A DNA stretch of 41,826 nt from Kiloniellales bacterium (lineage in GTDB: Bacteria > Pseudomonadota > Alphaproteobacteria > Kiloniellales > J153): contig JAZGBC010000150.1 of the NCBI GenBank assembly GCA_036444495.1, forward strand, positions 1 to 41,826, written 5' to 3'. Shown here in pieces: positions 1 to 9,574 of the stretch. The translations under genes and the position numbers were made by a program. Below the pieces are notes generated by a model. The model saw only the letters and a list, made by a program, of their open reading frames with translations. It did not search any database and was not told the origin of the DNA. Position 1 is the stretch's first letter, and each line of letters begins with the position of its first letter.

Positions 1-84
1 GTTGCCTGTTTCGGCAGCGAGGATTTCGCAGAGGGCTATCGCTCCTTCCTGGAGAAGCGGAAGCCCGACTTCAAGGGGCGGTAG
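1..84 (+). CDS. Enoyl-CoA hydratase/isomerase (crotonase) family protein, 3' fragment
   Basis: Frame 1 reads VACFGSEDFAEGYRSFLEKRKPDFKGR*, matching the crotonase C-terminal motif SED..EG..aF.EKR.P.F.G; TAG at 82-84. Confidence 0.85.
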   Translation, partial: VACFGSEDFAEGYRSFLEKRKPDFKGR

Positions 85-150
85 TTAGGATTGACCGAAG
101 GATACTCCCTGCCGCTTTCATCCATTCGGTTTGCCGACTCAGATCACCAA

Positions 151-166
151 TAGAACGATCGTCCTA
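151..166. promoter_or_regulatory. Near-perfect 16-bp palindrome TAGAACGATCGTCCTA, possible operator
   Basis: Reverse complement is TAGGACGATCGTTCTA (one mismatched pair); about 85 bp upstream of the ORF at 250. Confidence 0.35.
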
Positions 167-249
167 ATTTCGCTAAACTCGCCTGGATTTCTCGCCGAAT
201 GGTGGCACGAACCTGCCATCCGGCCAAAGGCTCAGGAGCGCAGAAATAG

Positions 250-1071
250 ATGTCTGCCGGTTACGTGTACATTTTGATGAACGCATCACTGCGATCAAAC
301 CAATACAAGATCGGGAAGACCACCAAGCTGCCCGAGCAGAGAGCGCGGGAAATATCGGCGGGCACGGGCGTGCCTCAAGATTTCGAAGTGGTCTATCAAG
401 AGTACGTTGCAGACTGCCATCGTGTGGAACAACTGGTACACGCCAGCCTTGCCAAGTATCGAGTTTCGGGACGAAAAGAGTTTTTTGAAGTTCCATTGCA
501 AGTGGCGATCAAGATTTTGCATGCGGCAGCATTGGAGGTTGGGGTGTTGCCCGAGCCGGACAATGAAGAGCGGACAAATCTGACCCCGGTGGAAGACTCG
601 CGGGAGCCGGTCGACGTTTTCCGGCAGGACAGGGAGATTGATGTGCAGGACCCGGGCAGAACACGTACGGGAAAAAAAACCAACCGGCGGCCCAAGAGAA
701 CTGGTGGAAGTGAGGAAACTAATCTGAGGGTTTGTTCACCCGAAACCACGTCACTTTATTGGGATTTCCGCAGGCGCGTCTTGGCGCTTGATGACAGGCT
801 GCACGTCGTACCACGAACTGTTCGAATTGCGTTCAAACTAGGGACTACGAAACGGTACTACGACATTGCGGCAGTCATACCGCAGAAGAATGAATTGAAA
901 GTTCGAATCAGGGGATGTGTCTACTCGGACCCGAAAGGAAAAGTCCTGGACGGACCGGAAAGCTGGAAGCCGTCCAACAAGATAATCTATATAAGGAACA
1001 AGAGCGAGCTGCAGTACGATATCTCGATCATCAAGCAGTCATATCAGGACGTGGTGCGGAGCTATTCTTAA
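250..1071 (+). CDS. GIY-YIG nuclease (T5orf172/MUG113-like) fused to a C-terminal DUF5655-like domain
   Basis: N-terminus GYVYILMN...YKIGKT...PEQRAREI..GTGVP..F...E..VH..L..YRV...KEFF is the T5orf172 signature. C-terminus (LY..FR.RVLALD....V.PR...IAFK......A.VIPQKN.LKV.I ... I.....L.Y.I.IIKQSY) resembles DUF5655. Visibly lower GC than its neighbours. Confidence 0.8.
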   Translation: MSAGYVYILMNASLRSNQYKIGKTTKLPEQRAREISAGTGVPQDFEVVYQEYVADCHRVEQLVHASLAKYRVSGRKEFFEVPLQVAIKILHAAALEVGVLPEPDNEERTNLTPVEDSREPVDVFRQDREIDVQDPGRTRTGKKTNRRPKRTGGSEETNLRVCSPETTSLYWDFRRRVLALDDRLHVVPRTVRIAFKLGTTKRYYDIAAVIPQKNELKVRIRGCVYSDPKGKVLDGPESWKPSNKIIYIRNKSELQYDISIIKQSYQDVVRSYS

Positions 1072-1181
1072 CCCCTCTACCTTGGCGGATATGTTATTGC
1101 TAAGCGAAAGGTAAAAAAGGAGAAAACCTCAGCGTTGTTCGGCGGTGAAACGGCTCGTTTTTCTTTTATAGGACTATACAA

Positions 1182-2393
1182 GTGACCACGCGCCGCGGAC
1201 CCCTTTCAGGCTTCAAGGTCATCGAGCTGGCCCACGTCATGGCCGGGCCCACATGCGGGCTCATGCTGGCCGACATGGGCGCCGAGGTCATCAAGGTGGA
1301 GAAGGTGCCCGGCGGCGACGTCTCGCGGAACTTCGTGCCTCCCGAGATCGAAGGCGAGTCGGCGGCCTTCATGATGATGAACCGCAACAAGCGCGGCATC
1401 GCGATCGACCTCAAGCACGAAGAGGGCAAGGCGGTGCTGCGCCGGCTGGTGGCTTCTGCCGACGCGCTGATCGAGAATTACCGCACGGGCGCTATGGAGC
1501 GCCTGGGGCTGGGCTACGAGGCCCTGCGCCAGGAGAACCCGGGGCTGATCTACTGCGAGATATCCGGCTTCGGGCGCAGCGGGCCCTATGCCGGGCGCGG
1601 CGGCTTCGATCTCATCGCCCAGGGCATGAGCGGGCTCATGAGCATCACCGGGGAGGGCGAGGGGCGCCCCCCGGTCAAGGTGGGCGCGCCGGTGACCGAC
1701 ATCACCGCCGGCATTCTGGGCGCCATGGGTATCCTGGCCGCCGCCTTGGAGCGCCAGAAGACCGGCCAGGGCCAGCGGGTCGAGACGTCGCTGTTCGAGG
1801 CGGGCATCGTGCACACCTACTGGCAATCGGCGATCGCGCTCGCCACCGGGACGCCGCCGGGACCCATGGGCTCGGCCCATCCGCTCAGCGCCCCCTACCA
1901 GGCCTTCCAGACCGCCGACGGCTGGATCACCGTGGGCGCGGCCAACCAGGCCAACTGGCTGCGCCTGCTGCAGGCGCTGGAGGCCCCCGAGCTGGCCGAG
2001 GACCCGCGCTTTGCCGGGAACGCGGGGCGCATGAGCCACCTGGCCGAGCTGGAGGCGGTGCTCAGCGAGATCATCCGCGGGCGCAGCTCTGCGGACTGGC
2101 TGGAGCGCCTGGAGGCGGCGGGGGTGCCGGCGGGGCCGGTACTCGACGTGGCCCAGATGCACGCCGATCCCCAGACCCTGGCCCGGGACATGGTGGTCAC
2201 CCTCGAGCACGCCCGCGCCGGGCGGGTCAAGGCGCTTGGCCTGCCGGTCAAGTTTTCCGGGAGCCCGGGCGAGGTGTCCCAGGCGGCGCCAGTCTACGGC
2301 GCTGACACGCGCGCCATCCTGGCCGAGCACGGCTACGGCGAGGACGAGATTGAGAAACTGGTGTCCGAGGGCGCGGTGGTGGCGGCCGACTGA
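1182..2393 (+). CDS. CaiB/BaiF family (class III) CoA-transferase
   Basis: GPL.G.KVIELAHVMAGP.C...LADMGAEVIKVE, NRNKR.IA.DLK, GFDLIAQGMSGLMSITG (catalytic Asp); GTG start. Confidence 0.93.
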   Translation: MTTRRGPLSGFKVIELAHVMAGPTCGLMLADMGAEVIKVEKVPGGDVSRNFVPPEIEGESAAFMMMNRNKRGIAIDLKHEEGKAVLRRLVASADALIENYRTGAMERLGLGYEALRQENPGLIYCEISGFGRSGPYAGRGGFDLIAQGMSGLMSITGEGEGRPPVKVGAPVTDITAGILGAMGILAAALERQKTGQGQRVETSLFEAGIVHTYWQSAIALATGTPPGPMGSAHPLSAPYQAFQTADGWITVGAANQANWLRLLQALEAPELAEDPRFAGNAGRMSHLAELEAVLSEIIRGRSSADWLERLEAAGVPAGPVLDVAQMHADPQTLARDMVVTLEHARAGRVKALGLPVKFSGSPGEVSQAAPVYGADTRAILAEHGYGEDEIEKLVSEGAVVAAD

Positions 2394-2547
2394 GCCGGCC
2401 CGAAACTCGGGGCTTTACAAGACCTCGCCAGCGAAGACATGGCGGCCCAGGCGGTCCTTGATTTCGACCACCCGGAGAGTGGGGTCTCGCCGCACCGCAC
2501 GATCGATATTGGCGTCCAATGATGGGAAGGGCGCGGTACTCGGAGCC

Positions 2548-3525
2548 TTAAAACATTTTCATGTAGGTATCCAAGACGTTGAGCACCGCCGTACCGAGCA
2601 GGATGACGAAGAGCGGCGGCAGGATGAAGATCATCATGGGGACGGTGAGCATGGCCGGCAGGCGCGCGGCCTTCTCCTCCGCCTTCATGATGCGTTCGTT
2701 ACGCGATTCAGCCGACATGATACGCAGCGACTGGGCCAGCGGCGTGCCATAGCGCTCGGCCTGGAGCAGGGTGTTGACCACGCCGCGCACCGCCGGGAGA
2801 TCGACGCGCATTCCCAGGTTCTGCAGGGCCTTGCGCCGGTCCGGCAGGAAGCCCAATTCCAGGCCCGTGAGGCTCAACTCGTCGGCGAGTTCGGGATTCG
2901 CCTGCTCCAGTTCCTTGGACACGCGCATCAAGGTGGCGTCCAGGCTCAGGCCCGCCTCGGCGCAGATGACCATGAGGTCGAGCCCATCGGGAAGCGCCTT
3001 GCGAATGGCGTCGTAACGCTTCGTGGTCGCGTTCTTGATCATGATGTCGGGGAGATAGGCGCCGAAGATCACGGCCCCCAGGCAGACGCCGAGCTTCCAC
3101 ATCATGGTCAGCTTGTAGGCATCCAGGCCATAGATCAGGAAGACGGCCGTGCCGCCGAAGGCGAAGGGCAGGGCCACCTTGAGGAAGAGGTAGCGAATGA
3201 TCGCTTCCTTGGAGCGCCAGCCCGCCCGCGCCAGCTTGAGCGAGAGCTTATCGGCCTGGGAACTTTTCAGCAGGTTCAGGCGGTCGACCACCTGACGCAT
3301 CATGCCCATGGTGGGCAGGCGGTCCTGGCGGCGGCGCGGGCCGGCGATGCCCTCTCTCATTTCCGCCCGCTGCCTGGCCATGATCTCAGCGCGTTTGGCC
3401 GCCGGATCCTTGTGCAGGAGCGCGAACCAGACGGTCAGCGTCACCACGCCCGCGGACAAGGCCGACATGATGATCAGCAGGTCCTCGATATTGAGATCGT
3501 AGGGCAGCGTGATCGAGGGAATCAT
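2548..3525 (-). CDS. tadC: Tad pilus inner-membrane platform protein TadC (T2SSF family)
   Basis: LPDGLDLMVICAEAGLSLD, L.QAERYGTPLAQSLR, AEEKAARLPAML.VPM; last gene of the tad operon. Confidence 0.92.
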   Translation of the reverse strand: MIPSITLPYDLNIEDLLIIMSALSAGVVTLTVWFALLHKDPAAKRAEIMARQRAEMREGIAGPRRRQDRLPTMGMMRQVVDRLNLLKSSQADKLSLKLARAGWRSKEAIIRYLFLKVALPFAFGGTAVFLIYGLDAYKLTMMWKLGVCLGAVIFGAYLPDIMIKNATTKRYDAIRKALPDGLDLMVICAEAGLSLDATLMRVSKELEQANPELADELSLTGLELGFLPDRRKALQNLGMRVDLPAVRGVVNTLLQAERYGTPLAQSLRIMSAESRNERIMKAEEKAARLPAMLTVPMMIFILPPLFVILLGTAVLNVLDTYMKMF

Positions 3526-4520
3526 ATCTCGAACTTCACCATTTTGTACATGATGCCCACGCCGATGGTCATCCAGATTAGAGCACCCCCAACCGCGATC
3601 TGGCCGCGCGGGTCCGTGAAGAGGGTGGTGATGTATTCTGGATTCGTGAAGTAGATGAGGCCGGTCATGATGAAGGGCAGGGACCCGATGATGTAGGCGC
3701 TGGCCTTGGCCTCGGACGACATGGCCTTGACCTTGCGCTTGAGCTGGCGCCGGCTGCGGAGCACATCGGCGAGATTGTTCAGGGATTCAGCAAGGTTACC
3801 ACCGGTTTCTGCCTGAATGGACAAGGCGATCGTGAAGAACTTGAACTCCTGCAGATCGAGCCGATGGGCAGTCTCCCACAAAAGCTCGTCCATCTTGCGG
3901 CCCAGCCGGATACCGTCGGTGATGCGGGTAAGCTCGGTGCCCACGGGATCGGGCACCTCTTCGGCCGCCGCCTTCATGGCCTCGATGATCGGCAGGCCGG
4001 CCTTGACCCCGCGTACCATGAGATCGATGGCCTCGGGGAAATACGCGATGAATTTGTTTTTCCGCCTCTGGTACGCCATGCCTACGAACATATGCGGCAA
4101 CAACAAGGCGCAAATAAAACCGAGGAGAAGCGCCACTACGCCCGGCAGCCCGCCGAACTTGGCCAACATGAAGCCCACGAAGCCTATCAGGAGGCTGATC
4201 AGCACATAGACCCCCAAGGACACCTCCATGCCGGCCCGGGCCAGGCGCAAGCGCAGCACATCCTGTTGCGGCAGGTGCTTCTTGATCAACTCGTCGAGCG
4301 CGGGGATGTCGCTGGCGCTCGTCGAGCGCTTGGCGGAGATGCTTCGGACTTCCTCGGCGTCGCGCGAGTGGTGCAGCTTAATTTGATCGATGCGCCGGGC
4401 CATGATCCGCTGCGCATCGTTGACGAAAACCATGGCGACCAGCAGCACCACCAGCCCGAGAGCGATTATCAGGATTAGCGTGCCTTCCGGGCCCTCGCCG
4501 AAGATATTCAGGAACTCCAT
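3522..4520 (-). CDS. tadB: Tad pilus inner-membrane platform protein TadB (T2SSF family)
   Basis: FPEAIDLMVRGVKAGLP, IQAETGGNLAE.L.NLA.VLR.R, KVKAMSSEAKASA; ATG at 4520 overlaps the cpaF stop (TAATG). Confidence 0.92.
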   Translation of the reverse strand: MEFLNIFGEGPEGTLILIIALGLVVLLVAMVFVNDAQRIMARRIDQIKLHHSRDAEEVRSISAKRSTSASDIPALDELIKKHLPQQDVLRLRLARAGMEVSLGVYVLISLLIGFVGFMLAKFGGLPGVVALLLGFICALLLPHMFVGMAYQRRKNKFIAYFPEAIDLMVRGVKAGLPIIEAMKAAAEEVPDPVGTELTRITDGIRLGRKMDELLWETAHRLDLQEFKFFTIALSIQAETGGNLAESLNNLADVLRSRRQLKRKVKAMSSEAKASAYIIGSLPFIMTGLIYFTNPEYITTLFTDPRGQIAVGGALIWMTIGVGIMYKMVKFEI

Positions 4521-6226
4521 TACAGGCACTCCAGGAGCCGCTTCTCCAGACCGAAATAGGCCGCCTTGGGCGCGAAATGCGGGCGCAGGCCGGTGGGCTT
4601 GAAGTTGCCCTTGAGCATGCCGTCCAGGCCCTCGCCTTCGAATTCGAAGTTGAAGAGGTCCTGCGTGGTGATGATGTCGCCCTCCATGCCGACGACCTCG
4701 GTGATGTGGGTAATCCGGCGCATACCATCGCGCATGCGCGAGACCTGGATGATCATATCGAGCGCCGATGCGATCTGGGTCCGCACGGCCTTGGCCGGCA
4801 GGTTGATGCCCGCCATGCCCACCATGTTTTCCAGGCGCGTCAGCGCCTCGCGCGGCCGGTTGGCATGGACCGTGCCCAGCGAGCCGTCATGGCCGGTGTT
4901 CATCGCCTGGAGCATGTCGACCGCCTCGGAGCCGCGTACCTCGCCGAGGATGATACGGTCGGGACGCATACGCAGGGAATTCTTGACCAGATCCCGCATG
5001 GTGATCTCGCCCGTACCTTCCAGGTTTGCCGGGCGGGTCTCCAGACGCACCACGTGCGGCTGCTGGAGCTGCAGCTCGGCGGCATCCTCGATGGTGACGA
5101 TGCGCTCGCGCTCGTCGATCATCTGGGAAAGCGCGTTGAGCAATGTGGTCTTGCCGGAGCCCGTACCGCCGGAGATCAGTATGTTGAGCTGGCTGCGTGC
5201 CGCGATCTTGAGCACGGTGGCCATCGGCTCGGAAATGTTGCTCTGTTGGACCATGATGTCGAGTGTGATTGACTTCTTGGCGAACTTACGAATCGAGATG
5301 GATGGGCCATCGATGGCCAGCGGCGGGATGATGATGTTGACACGGCTGCCATCTTGAAGGCGGGCGTCGACGAGCGGGCTGGTCTCATCCACGCGACGGC
5401 CGATGAAGGACACGATCCGGCGCGAAATGTTGAGCACATGCTCGTTATTGCGGAACCGCACGTCCGTGAGTTCCAGCTTGCCCTTCCGCTCGATGTAGGT
5501 CTGGTAGGGACCGTTGACCATGATGTCGGTAATGTCATCGTCGGCCAGCAACGGCTCCAATGGCCCAAGACCCAGCATGTCGTCGATCAGCAAGTCGACC
5601 ACGGCCTGCTGCTCGACCGCATTGAGGCGCAACTGCTTTTCGGCCAGGACCTCGGAGACGATCTCGCGCAGCTGGGTCTTCAGTTCGTCCCGGGGCAGTT
5701 GTGAGGCGGCCGAGATATCCAGCCGGTCCATGACCAGAGGCTGGATCGATTGCCTGGCGTCATCCACCGTTTGGGAGTAGGCCGTCGACATCGGCTCGCT
5801 GGGTCTCGGTTCTTCCCTACTTTCGCTTTCCCGTGCCGGCGCCTTTTGCGGCTTGCCTTGGCGGGCCGGCGCACTGGATGTAGCGGGGGGCAGGGGTTGG
5901 GGCTCGGCCTCGGCAGGTTTCGGGGGTGCTTTGGGGCTGAAGTGGAGGAGCCACTCGATCAGGCCGCCGACCAGGTTGCGCCGGTCCAGCAGGTTGAGCG
6001 CATCGGAATCCTTTTCGGTTTCGGTCGTGACGATCTGGCCGATGCGGACAGCCAACTCCGGCCGCGCGAGCGCGGACAGATCGTCGTTCTCGAAATCCGA
6101 CAGGACTTTCGGCTTAAGTTCCTCGAGGTACTCGGCAACCTTGCCGCTCTGATTTCGTGAAGCCCCGGCCTTTCCGCTGCGGGTCTTGGGCGCGGCGGAC
6201 CCGGCCTTGGCACCTCCGCCATCCAT
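4520..6226 (-). CDS. cpaF: Tad pilus assembly ATPase CpaF/TadA with an N-terminal extension
   Basis: GLGPLEPLL.D..ITDIMVNG, Walker A GGTGSGKTT, TIEDAAEL, LRMRPDRIILGEVRG.E, AMNTGHDGS..T.HAN. Confidence 0.95.
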   Translation of the reverse strand: MDGGGAKAGSAAPKTRSGKAGASRNQSGKVAEYLEELKPKVLSDFENDDLSALARPELAVRIGQIVTTETEKDSDALNLLDRRNLVGGLIEWLLHFSPKAPPKPAEAEPQPLPPATSSAPARQGKPQKAPARESESREEPRPSEPMSTAYSQTVDDARQSIQPLVMDRLDISAASQLPRDELKTQLREIVSEVLAEKQLRLNAVEQQAVVDLLIDDMLGLGPLEPLLADDDITDIMVNGPYQTYIERKGKLELTDVRFRNNEHVLNISRRIVSFIGRRVDETSPLVDARLQDGSRVNIIIPPLAIDGPSISIRKFAKKSITLDIMVQQSNISEPMATVLKIAARSQLNILISGGTGSGKTTLLNALSQMIDERERIVTIEDAAELQLQQPHVVRLETRPANLEGTGEITMRDLVKNSLRMRPDRIILGEVRGSEAVDMLQAMNTGHDGSLGTVHANRPREALTRLENMVGMAGINLPAKAVRTQIASALDMIIQVSRMRDGMRRITHITEVVGMEGDIITTQDLFNFEFEGEGLDGMLKGNFKPTGLRPHFAPKAAYFGLEKRLLECL

Positions 6227-6232
6227 GATGCG

Positions 6233-7489
6233 TTAGCCTCTCTTGAAGATGCGGGTCCACGACTGCTTGGATTTCTTTTCGTCGGATGCCTGCTTTACCT
6301 GGCCGAATTCTGACGCGATGGATCGCAGGACCTTGCCGGCCTTGCCGCGTGTGCTGATCTGAGTCAGCGGTTTTCCCTCGTTGGCCGCCTTCTGGAAGGC
6401 TTTCTCGTCGTCCGGGATGACGTAGTCGATCTTGCGGCCGAGCGCTTTCTCAAAGTCCTTGGGCTGCATGGCCTGTTTCGTGCTGCCGATCCGGTTGGCG
6501 ACAACGCAAATCGGTGTGCCCAGGGCGACCTCCTCGATGTTGCCCACGATGCGCATGGAGTCGCGCAGACAGGGAAGCGTCATCTCGGTCACCAGGATGA
6601 TCCGGGTCGCATCCTCCATGACCCGCTGACGCACGGAAAAGGCCGAGCGCGGCAGGTCGACGATGATGTTGTCGTTGCTACGGCCCAAGGCGTCGAACAG
6701 AAGATCGACCGCATCGGGGTTGAAGTGGATCTCCTGTGACAGGGTTTCCTCGGTGGCCATGACCGAGAAGGTTTCGCTGAGTTTCGCCGTGGCGCTTTCG
6801 ATGAACAGACTGTCGATCCGGCCCGGGCTTTCCAGGGCTTCACGCAGGCCCCTTGTCGGCTCCAGGTCGAGCGAGAGCGCCACGGTGCCGAACTCCAGGT
6901 CCAGATCGACCAGGGCCGTCGTTTGTTTCATTTCCTGGCCCAGCACCCAAGCGAGATTGACCGCAAGGCTGCTGGCGCCGACGCCGCCACGCGAGCCGAT
7001 CACGGCGATCCTGTTGACCTTGTCGGATGCGGCGGCCTGCTCTTCCTGGCCCGCTCCCTGGCCGGAAGCCACAGGCTCCACGGCGCGTGCAAGGGCGGCG
7101 GCCAAGGCCTTTTCCGTAACCGGCTTGACCAGGTAGTCGGTGATGCCGGCGCCAACCATCTCGCGGTAGAGGTTGATGTCGTTGATCGTGCCGATACCGA
7201 TCAAGCGCGTTTCCTCGGTGAAGGCGGCGGTCAGGGACAGCATGGCGGTCAGCGGCGCCGAGGAGTCGCCGATATCGACGATGATCACCTTGGGCGGCGG
7301 GTTCTCCGCCAGGTACTCCAGAGCCTGCTGGCTGCCGCCGTCACGAATGATCGGCGCGTCGAAGAACTGACGCGCGACGGACTCGATCACGCCGTGCGTC
7401 TGGTTGTCGCTGACGAAGCCGACACACTCGGCCGCCGGCGTCGGCGCCAGATCGTTCTGTGGGTCGAGAAATCCTTCGGCCGAGCTCAT
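6233..7489 (-). CDS. cpaE: CpaE/TadZ: atypical receiver domain + MinD/ParA-like domain
   Basis: N-terminal receiver-like region (GTINDINLYRE....GITDYLVKP), degenerate Walker A GSRGGVGAS, LVDLDLEFGT, IVDLPR. Confidence 0.9.
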   Translation of the reverse strand: MSSAEGFLDPQNDLAPTPAAECVGFVSDNQTHGVIESVARQFFDAPIIRDGGSQQALEYLAENPPPKVIIVDIGDSSAPLTAMLSLTAAFTEETRLIGIGTINDINLYREMVGAGITDYLVKPVTEKALAAALARAVEPVASGQGAGQEEQAAASDKVNRIAVIGSRGGVGASSLAVNLAWVLGQEMKQTTALVDLDLEFGTVALSLDLEPTRGLREALESPGRIDSLFIESATAKLSETFSVMATEETLSQEIHFNPDAVDLLFDALGRSNDNIIVDLPRSAFSVRQRVMEDATRIILVTEMTLPCLRDSMRIVGNIEEVALGTPICVVANRIGSTKQAMQPKDFEKALGRKIDYVIPDDEKAFQKAANEGKPLTQISTRGKAGKVLRSIASEFGQVKQASDEKKSKQSWTRIFKRG

Positions 7490-8193
7490 TGAGTTCTCTC
7501 TATAGGTAAGGCCTTTGTCTTGCCGGCCCGGTAGCGTCGGATCGACCCGCCGGTAGCTGCAGCCTCGGCTGGGCCGGCCGCGCGGCCCCGGACCAGGTCG
7601 ACCGGATCAGCGATCATCTGTCCAAGCGTGGCGGAAGTGGTGCAGCTGAAGACCGCCGCCGGCCGCGTGGCGAACCCCGGTTGCGGCGTGCTGCAGTCGG
7701 GTTGGATAACCATGGCGCGGGTCACGGTGACCGCCACGGCTTCCTCGGGCTTGGCCAGCGTTGTGATGGGCCTGACCGGGACCTCGCTGCGCAAGCCGAG
7801 GCGGGTGATTTCAGTCTCGATCGCGGACAAACGTTCTACCGTCAGGGTGTCGTGATATCCGGTCTTATCGCGCGGCCCGTCGATCTCGATGCGGGCGCCT
7901 TGATGCACGCCGCTCTGCTGAAGAAACTCGAGAAGTTGGTCGAGCTCGCCGGCGGGCAGTTGCGATTCACCCGGCTGGAAACTGACTTGGTGGACAACCG
8001 TGATCTCCTCGACCTGGCTGTCCATGAAAGGCGGCCGCTGGCGCCAGTTCGCATGATCGAAGGTATGGCTGCTGAATGCCTCGATCGGGTTGCTCTGGCC
8101 TTCCGAGACGTGGCAACCGGCGAGCAGGAGCCCAACTCCTGTCAGCAGGATGGAGAGCTTGGCGAAACGAGTCTTGGACTTTGTCTCTGTCAT
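7486..8193 (-). CDS. cpaD: Pilus assembly lipoprotein CpaD
   Basis: ATG at 8193 with a GAGGAGG RBS; lipobox LLAGC; C-terminal C...F.C....LGQMIADP.DL..GR...PA motif; sits between cpaC and cpaE. Confidence 0.8.
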   Translation of the reverse strand: MTETKSKTRFAKLSILLTGVGLLLAGCHVSEGQSNPIEAFSSHTFDHANWRQRPPFMDSQVEEITVVHQVSFQPGESQLPAGELDQLLEFLQQSGVHQGARIEIDGPRDKTGYHDTLTVERLSAIETEITRLGLRSEVPVRPITTLAKPEEAVAVTVTRAMVIQPDCSTPQPGFATRPAAVFSCTTSATLGQMIADPVDLVRGRAAGPAEAAATGGSIRRYRAGKTKALPIERTQ

Positions 8194-8203
8194 CGAGCCC
8201 TCC

Positions 8204-9574
8204 TCAATCCAGAATATAGCCCGCCGTACCCGGCTGGCCGGCGATGCTGGGGCCCGCGGCGGGAACCGGGATCGTGCGCGAGGTTTGTGTCCGCAGCGCA
8301 ACGGCGTTCGGCGGCGACTTCGTATAGGGATCGGTCGGCAGCGGAATACGGTCGCTCACCGGCTTTACGATATAGGGCGTCACGATGATGACCAGCTCGG
8401 TCTCCCGCCGCTCGAAGCGCTCGCTTCTGAACAGCTGGCCGAGAATCGGGAGATCGCCTAGCCCGGGAATCCTGTTGACCAACTCTTGTGAGTTGTCCTG
8501 CAACAAGCCGGCGATGGCGAAGCTCTGCCCGGAGCCGAGCTCGACCGTGGTCTCCGCGCGGCGGATCGACAACGCGGGAATCTCGAACCCGTTGATGCTG
8601 ACGGCGCCCGCGGTGGACAAGGAGCTGACCTCGGGACGGACCCGCAGGTTGATCCGGTTGCCCGAGATGATGGTCGGTGTGAACGACAGGCTCACGCCGA
8701 AGGGGCGAAACTCGATAGTGACACGGTCGTCGGTCGAGGAAACGGGTATGGGGAACTCGCCGCCGGCCAGGAAGCTGGCCGTCTCGCCCGACAGGGCCGT
8801 CAGGTTGGGTTCGGCCAGGATCGTGATTAAGCCGTCGTCGGCGAGCGCATCGATTAGGCCGTCGACGCTATGATTGGCGCTCCCGAAGCCAATGCCCAGT
8901 AGGCTTGTGGCCTCTTCAGTCGGAAATCCCGTGACGAGGGCACCCGCGAATTTGCCGAAATCGAAAATGTAGTCCCAGTTGAACCCGAAGCGGTTGAGTA
9001 CGTCACGCGAAGCCTCGGCCACGCGGACCCGGAGGTTGATCTGGTTGGGCTCCGTGACCGCCAGACGGTTGATGACTTCCTCGCCGCGGCCGATAAAACG
9101 GGCGGCCAGGCGCCGGACGTTTTCCGCTTCCGTCGCGCTTTCCACGGCGCCGTCCAGGATGAGGGCGCCTTCGACCGAGGTGATGCCGATATCGGCTGCC
9201 GGAACCAGGGCATCGAGGGCCTGCTTCAGGCCCGTAATGTTGTGCTGCACCACGACGTCGGTGTTGAGGATGATGTTGTTGGCGGCGTCCAATGCGTAGA
9301 GCGAGGTCCGGCCGGGCCCGCGGCCGAAGAGATAAACCAATTGGTTGGTGCGAACCGTGACGTCGGCCACATTGGGGTTGACGATGAAAACCGAGGCCGC
9401 CGGCTGGGCCAGGCGGAGAAGCTTGCCCTGGTCGAGTTGGATCATGATCTGTTCGCCGGACGGGGGAACGATTTCTCCTGACTGCATCTGTTGCTGCGCC
9501 CCGGCCGCCAACGGCCAGAAGGCGGCGATGACGAGCAGAAGTCTCAGGATTCCCTTACAGCGCGTCTGGTTCAT
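8204..9574 (-). CDS. cpaC: Tad secretin CpaC/RcpA
   Basis: Signal peptide; QINLRVRVAE.SR, LAEPNLTALSGETASFLAGGEFPIP, RRAETTVELGSGQSFAIAGLL, P.LG.LF.S......TELVIIVTP. Confidence 0.95.
   Translation of the reverse strand: MNQTRCKGILRLLLVIAAFWPLAAGAQQQMQSGEIVPPSGEQIMIQLDQGKLLRLAQPAASVFIVNPNVADVTVRTNQLVYLFGRGPGRTSLYALDAANNIILNTDVVVQHNITGLKQALDALVPAADIGITSVEGALILDGAVESATEAENVRRLAARFIGRGEEVINRLAVTEPNQINLRVRVAEASRDVLNRFGFNWDYIFDFGKFAGALVTGFPTEEATSLLGIGFGSANHSVDGLIDALADDGLITILAEPNLTALSGETASFLAGGEFPIPVSSTDDRVTIEFRPFGVSLSFTPTIISGNRINLRVRPEVSSLSTAGAVSINGFEIPALSIRRAETTVELGSGQSFAIAGLLQDNSQELVNRIPGLGDLPILGQLFRSERFERRETELVIIVTPYIVKPVSDRIPLPTDPYTKSPPNAVALRTQTSRTIPVPAAGPSIAGQPGTAGYILD

Noticed and set aside
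2236-3654. 472-aa plus-strand ORF
   Set aside because: Overlaps the CoA-transferase end and is antisense to tadC; no motifs.
6970-7010. CpaE Walker A lacking the catalytic Lys (GSRGGVGAS) as a possible pseudogene sign
   Set aside because: A degenerate Walker A is normal for CpaE/TadZ proteins.
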